The notes under the pieces were generated by a model. That model saw only the letters and a program-made list of their open reading frames with translations, was not told the DNA's origin and did no database searches. A stretch of 64,000 nt of DNA, taken from assembly GCA_047967505.1 (NCBI GenBank), contig CM106538.1. One strand, written 5' to 3'. The translations under genes were made by a program, and so were the position numbers. Below are positions 51,179 to 63,958 of this stretch, piece after piece. Position 1 is the first letter of the stretch; every line of letters begins with the position of its first letter. The DNA is from Dipteris shenzhenensis. Lineage: Eukaryota.

Positions 51179-52002
51179 TGTTAGAGGTCAACATCTCCTG
51201 ATGTAACCTAGAGAGAGGGCCTTATCTATGGGTGCGCCCGCCCAGTGAGTAAGGCTAGGGTAGATGAGTGAGGGCCAATGTTGTGGGTGTGCCAGCCCCT
51301 CATGTGAGAGGCTTAGGTAGAGTAGGGTTGGCAGGCTACCCAGGCTGGAGAGGTTGTCGTCCACGTGTGGGGCTGCTCAGGGCTTTCTTGAGGCCTGCTA
51401 TGATGCCGTGTGGCAGCCCCTTTTGAGGCGCCTAGGGAGTCAGCTCCCTTGTGAGCAGGTCAGCTGGGGGGCAGAGGGCACAGCCCCTTCATATAGGCTG
51501 TGCAGATCTCGGTGGAGGGCTAGGAGGAGTCGGCTCTTAAGAGCCGACCAAACCCATGTGTTAGGGCCTTGTGCAGCCCTATATAGGGGCTGTTTGGGTC
51601 AGCCCCCTAGGGCTGTGGGTCGGCCTTGTAGGCAGGTGGTCAGCCCAGCCCCTTGCAGGCCGACTAGGGAGCTGGGGACTATTTATAGGCCTCCCCACTT
51701 GAGCATTTCATTCTCTCTCATCGTAGGGCCTGGCAGAGGTGCAGAGCCCAGCGAGCACTTGAGGAGCAGGTCAGTGAAGCACTTCATTCACTCCCTAGTG
51801 CTCCCTTCACTTAGTTGTTGAGCTGTGTGTTCTGAGATCTCGAGCAGCCCGTTGTTTCCGTGTTTTCCCCCCAATTGTAGCAGGGGTTTTCTTTAGAGAT
51901 CACTTGGAGTTCTCTTGTGCCTTTCTCTCTCCTTCTCAGTGTGCGTGTGTGAGGTGTGCTCTCTCTCTCTTTGTTCCATTCATTTCTGCTACACTTCTCA
52001 CA
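51179..52002 (+). mobile_element. Solo LTR (824 bp) inserted in the copia leader
   Basis: TGTTAGAGG...CTTCTCACA termini (7/9 inverted match), flanks GACAA/AACAA (4/5 TSD), TATTTATAG box followed by CT-rich tract; GC contrast with the flanks. Confidence 0.65.
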
Positions 52003-52579
52003 AACAACAGGTGCATTTAGCTCATTGTTTGAGCAGTCAATTTTTGGTTGGTCACTGCCTGACATTCGCTGTCATTTTTGGACAGCCAGCTCATTTTGCA
52101 GTGAAAGCCTTGAGACTACTCTTGAGCACGCATTTTTACTCCTCTTTTTTTTTCAATGGGAAGCAACGATTGGATGGGTATGTTCTCCGTTGAGGAAAAG
52201 CTCGATGGACCCAATTATCCATGTGGTCATACATGGTGAAACATTTGCTGGTTGCCAAAAAATTTTGGGGTATTGTCTCAGGATCGGACCTTCGACCTCC
52301 CTCTGTGGCTTCCACTCCCGCTATTGCTACAGCTAGTGCAGCTGTTACAGCCACCTCTGGATCTACTCACTGTTCTACTACTACTCCAGCCCCTCCTCCC
52401 ACACCCGACCAGGCCAGATGGGATAGTAGAGATGCCAAGCACATTCTATCATTGCTTTTTTAGTCAAGAGACATCATTCGATCTTCTAAGACATCAAAGG
52501 CTGCATGTGACATCTTGGCTAACCTTTACCAAGTTCGCAATGAGGCACGTGTTGCTTTCTTACGCAAGCAATTGGAGAA

Positions 52580-53152
52580 TGTCAAAATGGAAGAGGGGGA
52601 CAGCATGGCTGCATACATCACAAAAATCAAGGATTTTCAAGAGCAGCTCATCAATGTGGATGAAATTATTCCAGACGCTCAGGTAGCGTCCACGACACTC
52701 AATGGACTTCCTAAGTCCTACAACGGGTTTGCTACTACATTGAGGTTGGTTGCCATGGGCAATCCCAACACTTATACTTTCGACCAGCTTGTTTCCCTTC
52801 TCCTACAAGAGGAGCAGAGTCGCACAAATCGTGCTGCCTCTCAAATTGCAAATCAGCATGGATGCATACATGGATGTCAAAATGGAAGAGGGGGACAGCA
52901 TGGATGCATACATCACAAAAATCAAGGATTTTCAAGAGCAGCTCATCAATGTGGATGAAATTATTCCAAGACGCTCAGGTAGCGTCCACAACACTCAATG
53001 GACTTCCTAAGTCCTACAAGGGGTTTGCTACTACATTGAGGTTGGTTGCCATGGGCAATCCCAACACTTATACTTTCGACCAGCTTGTTTCCCTTCTCGT
53101 ACAAGAGGAGCAGAGTCACACAAATTGTGCTGCCTCTCAGTTTGCAAATCAG
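52580..53152 (+). repeat. Tandem duplication of 277 bp within gag
   Basis: 52580-52856 and 52875-53152 near-identical, separated by an 18-bp spacer. Confidence 0.95.
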
Positions 53153-55009
53153 GCTTTTGTCGCTAATCACAGAAACAAGGGAAAGAACGGGCAAAATTAC
53201 ATCAAACCAAAGCCTTCTGAAGGATCATCTACTGCTGGACACTCTTTTAATTCTGCCCCATCTGATACAAAGAAGAAAAACAGCAAATGCTATTGCAGGA
53301 ATTCCGGACATGATATTTCTGAATGTCGCAAGCACATTGCTTCTAAAAAGAAAAAACATCGAAAGGAACTTGTTGTCACTACTACTGCTGCTGCCCCAGA
53401 TTATAGTCATGAGGCTGCAAGCATTGCTCACGATGAGTGGGCTTTCAAGGTGACATGCCAATACCATCCAAAAGCATGCTACAGCCTTGTCTGTCTTAGA
53501 TTCTAAGTCAGATTGGTGCTTTGACAATGGTGCTTCCAAGCACATCACTTCTTGCAAATCACTCTTTCAGACATTGGGGACTACTCCACATGGTGGCACA
53601 GTGACATGTGCCAACAATGCATCATATCCCGTGAAAGGAATTGGTCAGATCGAGGTCGTTCAATTTCAAGTGATACGGTCACGCTCATGGACGTTTTGTT
53701 TGTCCCAGTTATCAAGAAGAACCTCATCTCCATTTCAGCCATATCCTTGAATGGATTTCGGGTTCTCTTTGATGGTTATCGATGTGCCGTGTATGACAAC
53801 TGGTACAATGAAAGCATAGTACTTACTAGATCCCCTTCTTCTGGGTTGTATCATCTTGATGTATATGACAAACAGCCTGCTATAGAGGCAAATTGGTGGC
53901 TGAATCTGTAATTTCAGATTCCCACTTATGGCACGCGAGGTTGGGTCACCTCAACTACAGAAGCTTGGTTTAAATGCATTCACAGGACATGGTGGCTGCT
54001 CTCCCACCCATGCATGCACTAGTTAAACATGTTTGTGAGGAATGCTTGTTGGGCAAAATGCACCGTCTCTCATTTCCAAAGGATGGGACAATTGGTGCAT
54101 CCAAGAAGCTTCACCTTGTGCATAGTGACGTGTGCGGGCCGATGCAGAGAGCATATCTTAGGGGCTACCTTTACTTTTGTACCCTTGTGGATGACTACAC
54201 CAGATTCACTTGGATATATGGCATGAAGGCCAAATCTGATGTGTTCTCATGCTTCAGACATTGGCTTGCCATGGCTGTAAATGAATCCGGGAACAAGCTT
54301 CTTACTCTATTCAATGACAGGGGGGGAGATACATGTCCCATGAATTCTATAATTTTTTGGCAGCTCGGGGTATTATTCATCAATGTATTGTTCCTTACAC
54401 TCTGCAGCAAAATGGGCTGGTAGAGAGGAAAAATGGGTCAAAAATGGAAGTGAGCCGGTGCATGCTCAAAGGGAAGTCTTTGCCAAATAAGTTTTGGTTA
54501 GATGCTGCCATGTGCTTCAACTATGTGCTCAATACCCACAAAGGCATTGAAGAATATCACACCTTACGAGGCATGGCACGGCCGCAAACCTGAAATTTCT
54601 CATATGTGTGTGTTTGGGTCATTGGCTTATGCTCATGTTCCATCTTAGCTGAGGCATAAGCTTGAAGACAAAGCTGTAAAATGCATATTCATTGGTTATA
54701 GCGTAGGGAGCAAGGGATACAGGTTATATCAGCCCAGCACGGGCAAGGTCATAGTCAGTAGGGATGTTATATTCACTAAAAATGTGCCTTTACCTTGGCT
54801 GGAATGCAAAAGACAGCCTACTGTTGATGCCTCAAATGTCTTTGATACATTGTTGCCTCTCTTTCAGTCACCCACAGATTCAGAGCAGCCAGTGCAGAGT
54901 GTTGTGCCATACACTTCTAGCACTGCACATCCTCCACCAGTAGTTCCTGCTCAGCCTGATCTGCCTTCAGTTGATGAGGCTCCTGCACCCAACAGAAAAC
55001 ACAAGTAAT

Positions 55010-55745
55010 CCTACGGCAGATTGAAGAGAATCTAAGATATAAGAAAACACAAGAATCTCCTCTTGAAGTGCAGTTAAGTTCACAAGAGTCACGAGGATAG
55101 ATTCCTTCTCCAAAAGCACAAGTATCTTTGTACTTAAAATCTTGAAAGGCAGAAACATCTTATACAAATAAGGCAGGAACTTGGCTAAGCTTATGTAAAA
55201 TAATAGGGCACGTATTGATAGATATAAGACAATTCATAAACTAAAATTCATAAGTGAAGAGATTCAAGTTTGCTAAAAAGACAGCACGATTAGTGCCTAT
55301 ACAAATTCCTATCACCTATTTTGATGTAAGGATTATCTAAAAGAAAATCTATCCAAGAGCAACATCTTCAACACTTATGACGTTTGTACATCTGTTCTTT
55401 TTAGATCAATGTCATGATATATATTATTTATTGTTTTCTCAACTTTTAGCACTTTGCATCTATCTTTGTCAAATCTCAGCTTAAAAACTTCAGCCATTAG
55501 CTTTTTAATTCTAAACTGAAGATCTTCCAGCTCAATCTTTGTATAAAGTGTAGAAAAATCATAGGTTTGAAAAAGAATAGGAGAGTCTTTTTCTTGAATG
55601 CTTTGAGAGGAATTATAAAATTTTACAATAAGAATCATTCCTATGGAGTCATTTAAAATCCGACTTGATTTGAAGGAACATCTGCCTCCTTTAACCTTAA
55701 GACAGAAGAAAAGAATATACAAGTAGATTCTAACATTGTGCAATG
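55010..55745 (-). mobile_element. Penelope-like element RT fragment (Naiad/Chlamys-like)
   Basis: ILNDS...QTYDFSTLYTKI...WIDFLLDNPYIKIG...IGICIGTNRA..LANLNLFTYE...FV*DV, across frameshifts. Confidence 0.75.
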
Positions 55746-55863
55746 GCTATAAACGCTTCATAGCCTCAAAACCTCTTTCCATGTGAAGGTCTTTCCCTTC
55801 CCCTTAAGCTGCCAAAGTGACGTACTTGGATGACTTCAATACTTTCTCAAATACTCTTTCAAT

Positions 55864-56118
55864 TGATGTTTAAACATATTAATATACTAGTCAAGCCGTA
55901 CAAAGGTAGCGTGAAGTATGACAAGACAAGTGAAGTACAAGCCTTATGTAGGCTACTCACTCACACTAGCATCTAGTGCATATGGGATAAGTCCCATGAT
56001 GACACATGGCACTCACACAAGACTCACTCACATAGACTAGTACTAGATCACCTAGAACTTCACACTAACACTTCACACCAACACACTCTTTGACTATGAT
56101 ATCTCAACACCCCCCTTC
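55864..56118 (-). repeat. PPT (56110-56118) plus 3' LTR of an LTR retrotransposon
   Basis: Minus strand GAAGGGGGG-TGTTGAGATATC; distal LTR end approximate. Confidence 0.6.
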
Positions 56119-56169
56119 ACAAGACCCAACACACAAGAGTAGACCGATCCCCCCTCCACTGCAATGCTG

Positions 56170-59150
56170 CAAAGAAAGAAAGAAAGAAAGAAAGAAAGTT
56201 TATTAAAGTCTTCGGAAGACCGATGGGTCTATGAGACTGTGAAAATCCTGATACAACGAGATGTGATAGTGGAGCTACTAAACGAGCGTCCATACCAATG
56301 CAAAATGCAAAATGCCAAAAATGCAGAATGGCGGTACTAAGTCCTAAGTACAACATAGTGATGTCGGTGGTCGACTATATATCAATCTCAGCATCATCAT
56401 CAATATCATCATCATCCCCAGCAACAGCAAGATATCACGATGGATGTGGCAGAGGAGGCATGAAGTCGGCAATAGAGTGTTATTAGCCACTCAGAGGTGC
56501 AATCCTGGCACGTCTCTTGGTCATAGCTCTACGTCTAACCAGGGCTACTGTGACCCCCGTCGGTCGGGCTCCAACTCTAAACAAGGAGGGGATGTCTCCA
56601 AGTGTGATCTGTGTGTCGACCCTCTGTCTGAGCTGTCGGGTCACGAGTTCAGAGTCACGGTCATGTCGAGGCCTCGTCTCGTTGGGATCCATGTGATCTA
56701 GCTGAAAGAACTCCATGATAGAGCTCTGAGAGGGATCAACCGAGGAAGAAGTCTGCTCCTATCTCCGTGCTCGGAGTATCCTCTCGCGGTGTCTAAGTGC
56801 CTCATGAATGAAACCTGCCAAACACCGCTGGTCTGGGTAGGAGAGGAAATGGGCTAAAATCCCATAACTATCTCTGAAGAGGCAGTGGAAACGTCCTTGG
56901 ATCTCATAGTACACAGGATACCTGAAGATGAAATGCTCCTCTGTCTCAATCTCCTGTATGTCCTGCCGCTCTCGATGCAAAGTCTGTGTGAAGAGACCCG
57001 GAACTGCCCAAGAGAGATCCTCATCGAGTGGGGTAGGTGAATCTATGTGTATCCTGGTGGGTCAATGAAACCCTCCGCTGTGATATGTAAGAAGTGATCT
57101 CTGTAGAAGCTAAGCTTCACCGGGAGTTCACTCGATTCCAACCAGGTCCGAAAAGTGTGTAGCTGTAGTAGATTCTCACGGATAACCTGGTTGACCTCGT
57201 GTGATAAGAGGGGAGAGAACGGAGCATCCATGCTATACTGGAAGGGAGGTAGTCTATCCATGTGGAGCCCCCGTCGCTCAAACCATCTCTCTGTACGTGC
57301 ATACCAGCACCTCTGATCTCCTCCTCCTGCAAGTGCCATAGAAGAGGATAAAGCTATCCATGGTAGCCTGCTACGCCCCGAGGTATAATCCCCATATTCC
57401 CTAACTCGGTACAGATATGTGATGACCTGAAATGCAGCATCTAGCTGTAAAGGGGGTGACCCAAACTCAGCCTGAATGATCTGGTGAGGAACGGATGACT
57501 TACCACGAATCATCCGTAATAGCATGAGAACCTGTAGCCACTCCACACGAGCCCACTCTGTATCCGATAAGTCTGGCCCCCAACAAGGACTGCCGTACAT
57601 CCCCGCTGGGTGAGCCAAGGAGTCAAAAAGCAACCCCTTAATGCGTGGATCCTGAAAGTGTGAGCGGAAGCACTGCCTCTCTAGCCTGGCCAATGAGGCA
57701 TACCCTCTACTCAAGCGTGCATGCATCGCGGGTCTCATAGTGAAGCTCGGTCCGGAGAAGATAACCCCAAGATAAGTGTATGATGAAACTATCTCAACAG
57801 ATGACCCTGCAAATGTGAACTGCTTCTGATGCATGATGGCTCGAGATGTATTGAAGATCATGACCTTGGTTTTACCCAAGTTGACCTTCAAATCATGAGA
57901 CTCACAAAAGGACTGTAGTGCGTCTAGGTGTCTCTGAAGCCTCTCTGCTGAGGAAGACAAGAGAGCCACGTCATCTGCATAGAGCAAAATTTGGATCAGC
58001 GTGCCTGCAAGAGAGCAACCTACACCCCCTGTGTCTGCATCACTGTCTCAAGCTCGTCAATGTAGAGGCCAAACAAGGTAGGCGACAAAGGACACCCTTG
58101 TTTGACCCCGATGGTACTCATGATCTCGTCTGTCCCCCGGATCCTACCCGAACTCTGCCAGAAACTCTCTCGTAAAGTGCCATGACAGCCCAAATGATCT
58201 CCTGGTCATAACCCAAGTCCTGTAGGCGCCGTATGAGGCGGGCTCTCGGGACTGTGTCAAATGCCTTGCGAAAATCCACAAAGCAACAATAAACCCTCTG
58301 CTTCCGTGATCTCGCCTCCTCGATGATACATCTGAGCGTCAGAATGTGGTCCATGGTTCCATGATCACGCCGGAATCCGGCCTGTCCTGCTACTCTGAGC
58401 CCTCGACACTCTGCAAGTCTGCTAACCTCGGAGTCAAGTACTGATGCATAAATCTTGGACATGACATGTCCAATCATAATGGTCCTATAGTTCTCCCGGC
58501 TCATGGGATCCCTCGCCTTGTGGATGGGTGAGATAGTGTTAATGGTCCAAGTGTGTGGAAATCCCAAACAAACCGCTTCATTAAAAAGCTTTGCTAAGAT
58601 CGGGGCTAGGAGGTTAATCCCATATGCAATGAACTCAGTACATAGTCCCTCATGATCCTTCGCTCGGCCATTATGAAGTTTCATTACAGCATCCTTTACC
58701 CCTCCTCTAATGAAGAGGGTGCAAGATGTGGGACGAGGCATGTGTGAGAGGCTAGGGACTGGCTGATTTGGGATGTCATAAAGTGTGCGTGCATAATCAA
58801 ACCAGATCTGGGTGTCAATGAGTGGCGGAGGGGACTGTCCTTCTAGAAATCTCCGCCAGAAGTCCTTAGAGTTGTTACTAAACAAAATGTTCAGTAGCTC
58901 CTCCTCGTTTCGACGAACGAAGTCTAGTTTCTTCCTTCATACCAGTCCACGGTATTCACGTAGCGTATCTGGTACGCTCGGAAGGCTGTTTTTGGTTTTG
59001 AATCTGAGTTGACAGCGTAAGGCCTTACACTCATCATCGTACCAACTATTACAGGGTACGGTTCCAGGGGGTGGTGGGCGGGTGGAGCGGGTGGTGTGGG
59101 GAAAGGCGTGAATGGCAGCCTCATGTAGTGAGCGGGTGACAAGAGCAAGT
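56170..59150 (-). mobile_element. 5'-truncated RTE/RTEX-like LINE (subfamily A), RT nearly complete, (TTTC)n tail
   Basis: ORFs 58118-58885 (CFVDFRKAFDTVPR) and 57043-57987 (LYADDVALL, VNLGKTKVMIF); ETEEHFIFR; AATAAAC(TTTC)n end; homologous to 41620-44611 in inverted orientation. Confidence 0.95.
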
Positions 59151-59659
59151 CCAACTATCCAACACCTCCCATGTGATAGTGACTTCTCAATCAGCTTGCG
59201 ACCAGCAAGGGTAAACCATCACTCGTCATCCCCCCTTACTCTGAACTGGGTGGTCGATGGTCATACCATCAACCGAAGTAAAACATAATACAATCATTTT
59301 TGGGGGACAACCCAAGGCAGAGGACCTCTTATTGACTCCAAAGACATTTAATTTAGAGGAACAACTCAAGGCTGAGAACCTTTATTTGACTCAACATAAA
59401 CACACGGCATCATTGAGCATCATTGATCATCATCTATCGCCTCAGAGAGGGATAGATCATGTAATATAGCAAATAGAGCTTGCTCCTCAAAGATGGTCTC
59501 AGTTTAGTAGAAGTAGAATTCTGAGTTATCTATAGTTAGATACAAGTTGTCTAGGTTCTAGGGTTAGTTGAGTCCTAGGCCTCTAGATTAATTAATCTTG
59601 GTGAATAATAATAATAACCATATTTAAAAAGTTATTGAAGTATTAAATTATTAAAAGTT

Positions 59660-60585
59660 TATGCTTTTCTAAAAAGCTAGTTTTGCTTTTCTAAAAAGCT
59701 AGTTTAGCTTTTCTACTTTCTGCTTTTCCAAAAAGCTAGTTTAGCTTTTCTACTTTTTTGCTTTTTTGCTTCTAGTTTTTTTTAGCTTTTCTGCTTTTAG
59801 CTTTCTTATTTTTGGGAAAGCTACTCTAGATTTAGCCTTAGCTCTCCTTTAAAATAGTGGCTTAGCTTGCCCTCTCAAATTCATTCAATGAATCCTCCCC
59901 AGCTAGGCCATCTCCTCTTTCTCTTGATGCGCAACAACTTCCACATTGCCTTCCAAGCTGCCGCTACGACTCCAGTTCGCTGCCATCTCCTCTCTCTCTT
60001 GCTGCGCACCTTATCCCAGCCTGCTACCAAGGCTCTTCCAGGTTGCTGCGTTGCTGAAAGTGTTGCCCTAGCGCTCTACCTTCAATGCCCTATGTCACCA
60101 AGTTGTAAATACTCAAAAGTGAAAGTTTCAATTGACCATTTATTTGATCATAATTAAAGAGTCTCTCATTTATTTAATTATGTTCAAAATTTTATCTTTT
60201 ACTGGTCAAAGTATTGCCTTCGTCAAAGATACTTAACCCTAGTTAAGTATACTTGACCACGGTTAGGAAGACTAGCATATGCCAAGAGGATTAACTGCGG
60301 TTAACCAAAGAACTTTTGACTATGGTTAGAAAGAGTTGACTTCGGTCAATAAGACTTCGCTTCAGCCAAAGCAAGTTGACTTCGGTCAGCCTAGATTATT
60401 ACCGACTTCGGTAGGAGAGTTATGATTATTACCGACTTCGGTAGGAGAGTTCTGACATTAATTAAGGCGCCTTGACCCTTGGTCAAAGTCCTTAATTACG
60501 GCTAGAGGGGTTGGCTTTGGTCAACCGCAAAGTTAGCTATTTATGTGCACATGTTTGCTTGGTGGGGACACCCACATTTGACTAG
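59660..60585. repeat. Degenerate short-repeat arrays, probably LTR/TE regulatory region
   Basis: GCTTTTCTAAAAAGCTAGTTT units at 59664, 59685, 59722; palindromic TTRAC-N4-GTYAR units 60233-60525; 28-bp duplication 60394-60421/60424-60451. Confidence 0.7.
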
Positions 60586-60869
60586 GATTAGGCCACAGAT
60601 TGTTATTTGAATGCAAAGTGCTGACCGTTAATGGGTGCCATGGTTGTGCGCTCTAGTTAATGGTTGCAGGTACCTAAGAGGGATTGAAGGCCCAAGCAAT
60701 ATGGAGTCTCGCAAGCGATCAGGAGTTGTTTGCATGACCCAGTGCTACAAAGACCCCAGAATTTGCCCTTTGAGGCATGTAATTAGAGTTAGTCTAGGAT
60801 TTGGACAAGTGGCATGTTGCCAAGAAAGAATGAGCTTGTGAGCTTTTTTGTTTAAAAAATGAATTCACA

Positions 60870-61093
60870 CTCTGTCACCAGAAAACGCGTTTCTAGCAGT
60901 AGAAACGTGAAGAAACGTTTCTGCCCGAAACGTTTCTAAGAAACGTGCGAAACGTGAAAGTTTTTTTGAATTTTTTTAAATAGAAAATACACTATTTTTA
61001 TTATTTATATAAAATACACTAACTTTACACGTTTCTTGACAAAACGTCTGTCAAAATCTAGAAACGTTTCTAGAAACATTTCTTGTGACTATG
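60870..61093. mobile_element. hAT-type MITE, 224 bp
   Basis: 8-bp TSD AATTCACA (60862-60869, 61094-61101); imperfect TIR CTCTGTCACCAGAAA / TTTCTTGTGACTATG; many subterminal GAAACG/CGTTTC motifs. Confidence 0.85.
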
Positions 61094-61233
61094 AATTCAC
61101 ATAATAATTATGGGAAGCAAGCAGCCCGTGTGCTGAATTGTACTCTTGTACTCAGATTTTCTGAAGGAATTAAAACATTCCGGGGGGGGTGTCAGCCCGA
61201 CTATTGTCATGGGCCCTAGTGCTCCATGTGAGA

Positions 61234-62820
61234 GAAAAGATAGAAAGAGAGAAAGAAAGATGTATTAAAGTCCGTGGGAGGCCTCGCGCGCTTATGGGAC
61301 AAAGTGCGCAAAAAAAGTAGACTCATACAAGCCTCAGTGGGGCTGGAGCAAAGGGCACGCTATGTCCCTTACTGAGTACTAATCTATGCTAGAAAAATCA
61401 TAATCAGTCAAACACCAATTAAATACAAGATGAATCAAGTCGACCTCGGAGCTGGGGCTCAGAAACCGAAGCTCGGCACAATGATGGCTCTCTGGTGAGC
61501 TGTGAAAATATCTTGTATCTACGTTTGTCGAGCCGTCTCGCGCTATGGTGGGGGCACAGTCTCCTTGATCTCTAAACTCTCTGGGCTATGTCTAGGGTGA
61601 CCCCTCGTCTTTGTCAGTTCCCCCTAAGGAGAGTTGTGATAGGTCGGACCTCAATAGAATGTGCTCTAGACACTCTCAATCTCATGCGTGATCTCTACGT
61701 CCCCCTCTCAGTGGTACTACGTCGGCTCTCTCTACTGATCCAGGCTGCCTCATATCAGCTAGCTCCTCCTCCTCTACTCCACTGTGTCCTGGAGCTGACT
61801 CATATGTATAGAAGTCTGCGACGCGTCACTGTGTCCGGTCAGCCTCCATGTCGTATGATCTAGCTACCTCCTGCTACTCTCTGATCCGTCGCAGTAGTGT
61901 CTCCTTGTGCCAACGCATCTCCATCAAATAGAGCCCAATACAGACCTGGTCATGGAAATGGATCAGTCGTGATAGTGGACCAAAGCCACTCCCCTCCAGG
62001 TAGAGACAGTGGTAGCCTCCCTGTATCTCATAAAAGGCTGGGCAAATACATAGAAAATGCTCCTCTGTCTCAACCGCCCCTAGCGTACATAGCATGCAAA
62101 TCCTCTGCTCTCTGGATATACCTGCAGCTCTCCTTGCCTCAATCCTCAACTGATGGGACGAAACTTGCATCTATCCAATTGCAATCCTCAATGCATGTGA
62201 GACCACTCGATCCTCGAGGTTCTGGGCTCCTCTGACACTCTCAAGAAGTGGTCACGATAGAACTAGATCTTGGTGGGAAACTCCTTGTCCCCTTCCCAAG
62301 TCCGACATGTGTGGAGCTAGAGGAGAACCGTATGATACCGTTGATCTCATCTCATGGGATCAATTCAAGAGGCACGTCCATGCTATGCTGAAAGGGAGGA
62401 ACTCTATCCATCTAGATACCATGCCTGGCAAACGAGGTGGATATACGTGCATACCATGTGTTTGCCCCGCCCTCTACTAGTCGTTTGAATGACTCTAGGG
62501 CCAGCCTCGGAAGTCTCCAATGAGGTAAGTCCCAAACTCTGTGGATGAAAGTCACTATCTAAGGCGTCGACCTGGAGAGGTGTCATGGCGAACTCTGCCT
62601 GTACTATCTCATGTTGGACTAAGGGCTTACACCGAATCATCCTGGATCCCATGATCACCTATAGCTGCTCAAATTTCCTCCACTCTGACTTCGTGAGATC
62701 GCATCCCCAAAAGGGTGCTGCATACATGGCAGTCGGCCGCACTAGCGTATCGAAAAGCCAGCCCTGCATCAATGGATCCTAGAAGTGTGCCTGAAAGCAT
62801 TGTCGCTCTAGTCAAGCCAA
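61234..62820 (-). mobile_element. 3' part of an RTE/RTEX-like LINE (subfamily B)
   Basis: QVSSHQLRIEARR...QRICMLCTLGAVETEEHFLCICPAFY; (TCTT)n-type tail at 61234-61260. Confidence 0.9.
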
Positions 62821-63922
62821 AGCACTCCGTCTCAATCCGATAGACCACCTAGGGCACGAACCATGCCTCTGACTGACTCATATAGGCTCATCACCCCCCA
62901 GATTAGCATCTCTAGAATCTACATCTCCCGTAGTCTCTTGATCATGCGGGAACGTGGAAGTGTGTGAAAGGTCTTTCGAGGTTGTAGAAGGATGACTATC
63001 TCCCAAGCCACCCAAGCTTTGGTATCTTGTCTATGATCCAAACTATCCAAAAAAGAAAACCAATCATTGAGGTATCCCTTGTGGGAACACTAGCAACAAG
63101 CAATTTGTTAGTCTTAGATTCTTGACTCATATAGATCCTCGTTATATTTCATTCCTTCTTGTAAAATAATCCAACAACAATAACAAAACATTTAACTACT
63201 GCAAGTCCCTTCAAACTAGACTACAAATATGTCTAGAGGTAAAATTCTAAATTTCCAATTACATTCGATCCCTATGGTATTGGACAAGAAAATTGAGTAA
63301 GAAATCATGGTTGTAAACCATAAAATGAAAAGTTATATGTCGACTTAAAGACCAAGCTTGGCAAACAGAATTTACCTTGATGATAGGATGATGTGGCTCT
63401 CTTACCTGTGAAGCAAAGACCACACAAAACAACACCATGTTATGCAATAAACAAGAGGAATTCTTCCAAGCACTACATTCAAAATTGAAGAGAACGAGAA
63501 TGACATTGTTGCCTTCCCCACGATTGGAAACAAGTAAAACACAAAACATGCCTCAAAAAAGAAGTGCAACCTTCAAACACAAATCCAAGTTTCTTACAAT
63601 AAGTATTTAGAAGTACCTTGTATCACGCATATTTTATGTTTTAATATCTATATTATATATATAGTACTTTGTATATATTTGACCTACCATAATTGCTAAA
63701 ATTTGCTAAGATTGCTTAAGCCTCAAAAAAAAAAAGCAATTATGAAGGACATTACAATGCAATGTTCACCTAGACTACTCTATCCTACAATAAGCCTTTA
63801 CAATTTCTTACTTCTACATTATGAGGTCAGTTACCTCAGCTAGCTGAGATATCAGATATGATATAGATGTGATATGATATGTCATATCAGGATTTCTCAC
63901 TTCTACATTACGAGGTCAATGT

Positions 63923-63958
63923 CACGGGCATTCACACACCCGTGGCCATGCTAGCTAG
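63923..63958 (+). mobile_element. Candidate canonical Helitron 3' terminus
   Basis: Hairpin CACGGG-N10-CCCGTG, 10 nt spacer, then CTAG followed by T. Confidence 0.4.

Larger units (their letters stand above)
49758..55005 (+). mobile_element. Degenerate Ty1/copia 5' two-thirds (LTR end 49875, PBS 49877-49888, long leader, gag from ~52156, PR, IN); 3' truncated
   Basis: CAACA-g-TGGTATCAGAGC; gag WSYMVKHLLVAKKFWGIVSG; WCFDNGASKHIT; HSDVCGPM; PYTLQQNGLVERKN. LTR left end uncertain. Confidence 0.92.

Noticed and set aside
60200-60530. CRISPR-like or iteron array
   Set aside because: Eukaryotic context, degenerate units, no unique constant-length spacers and no cas genes.
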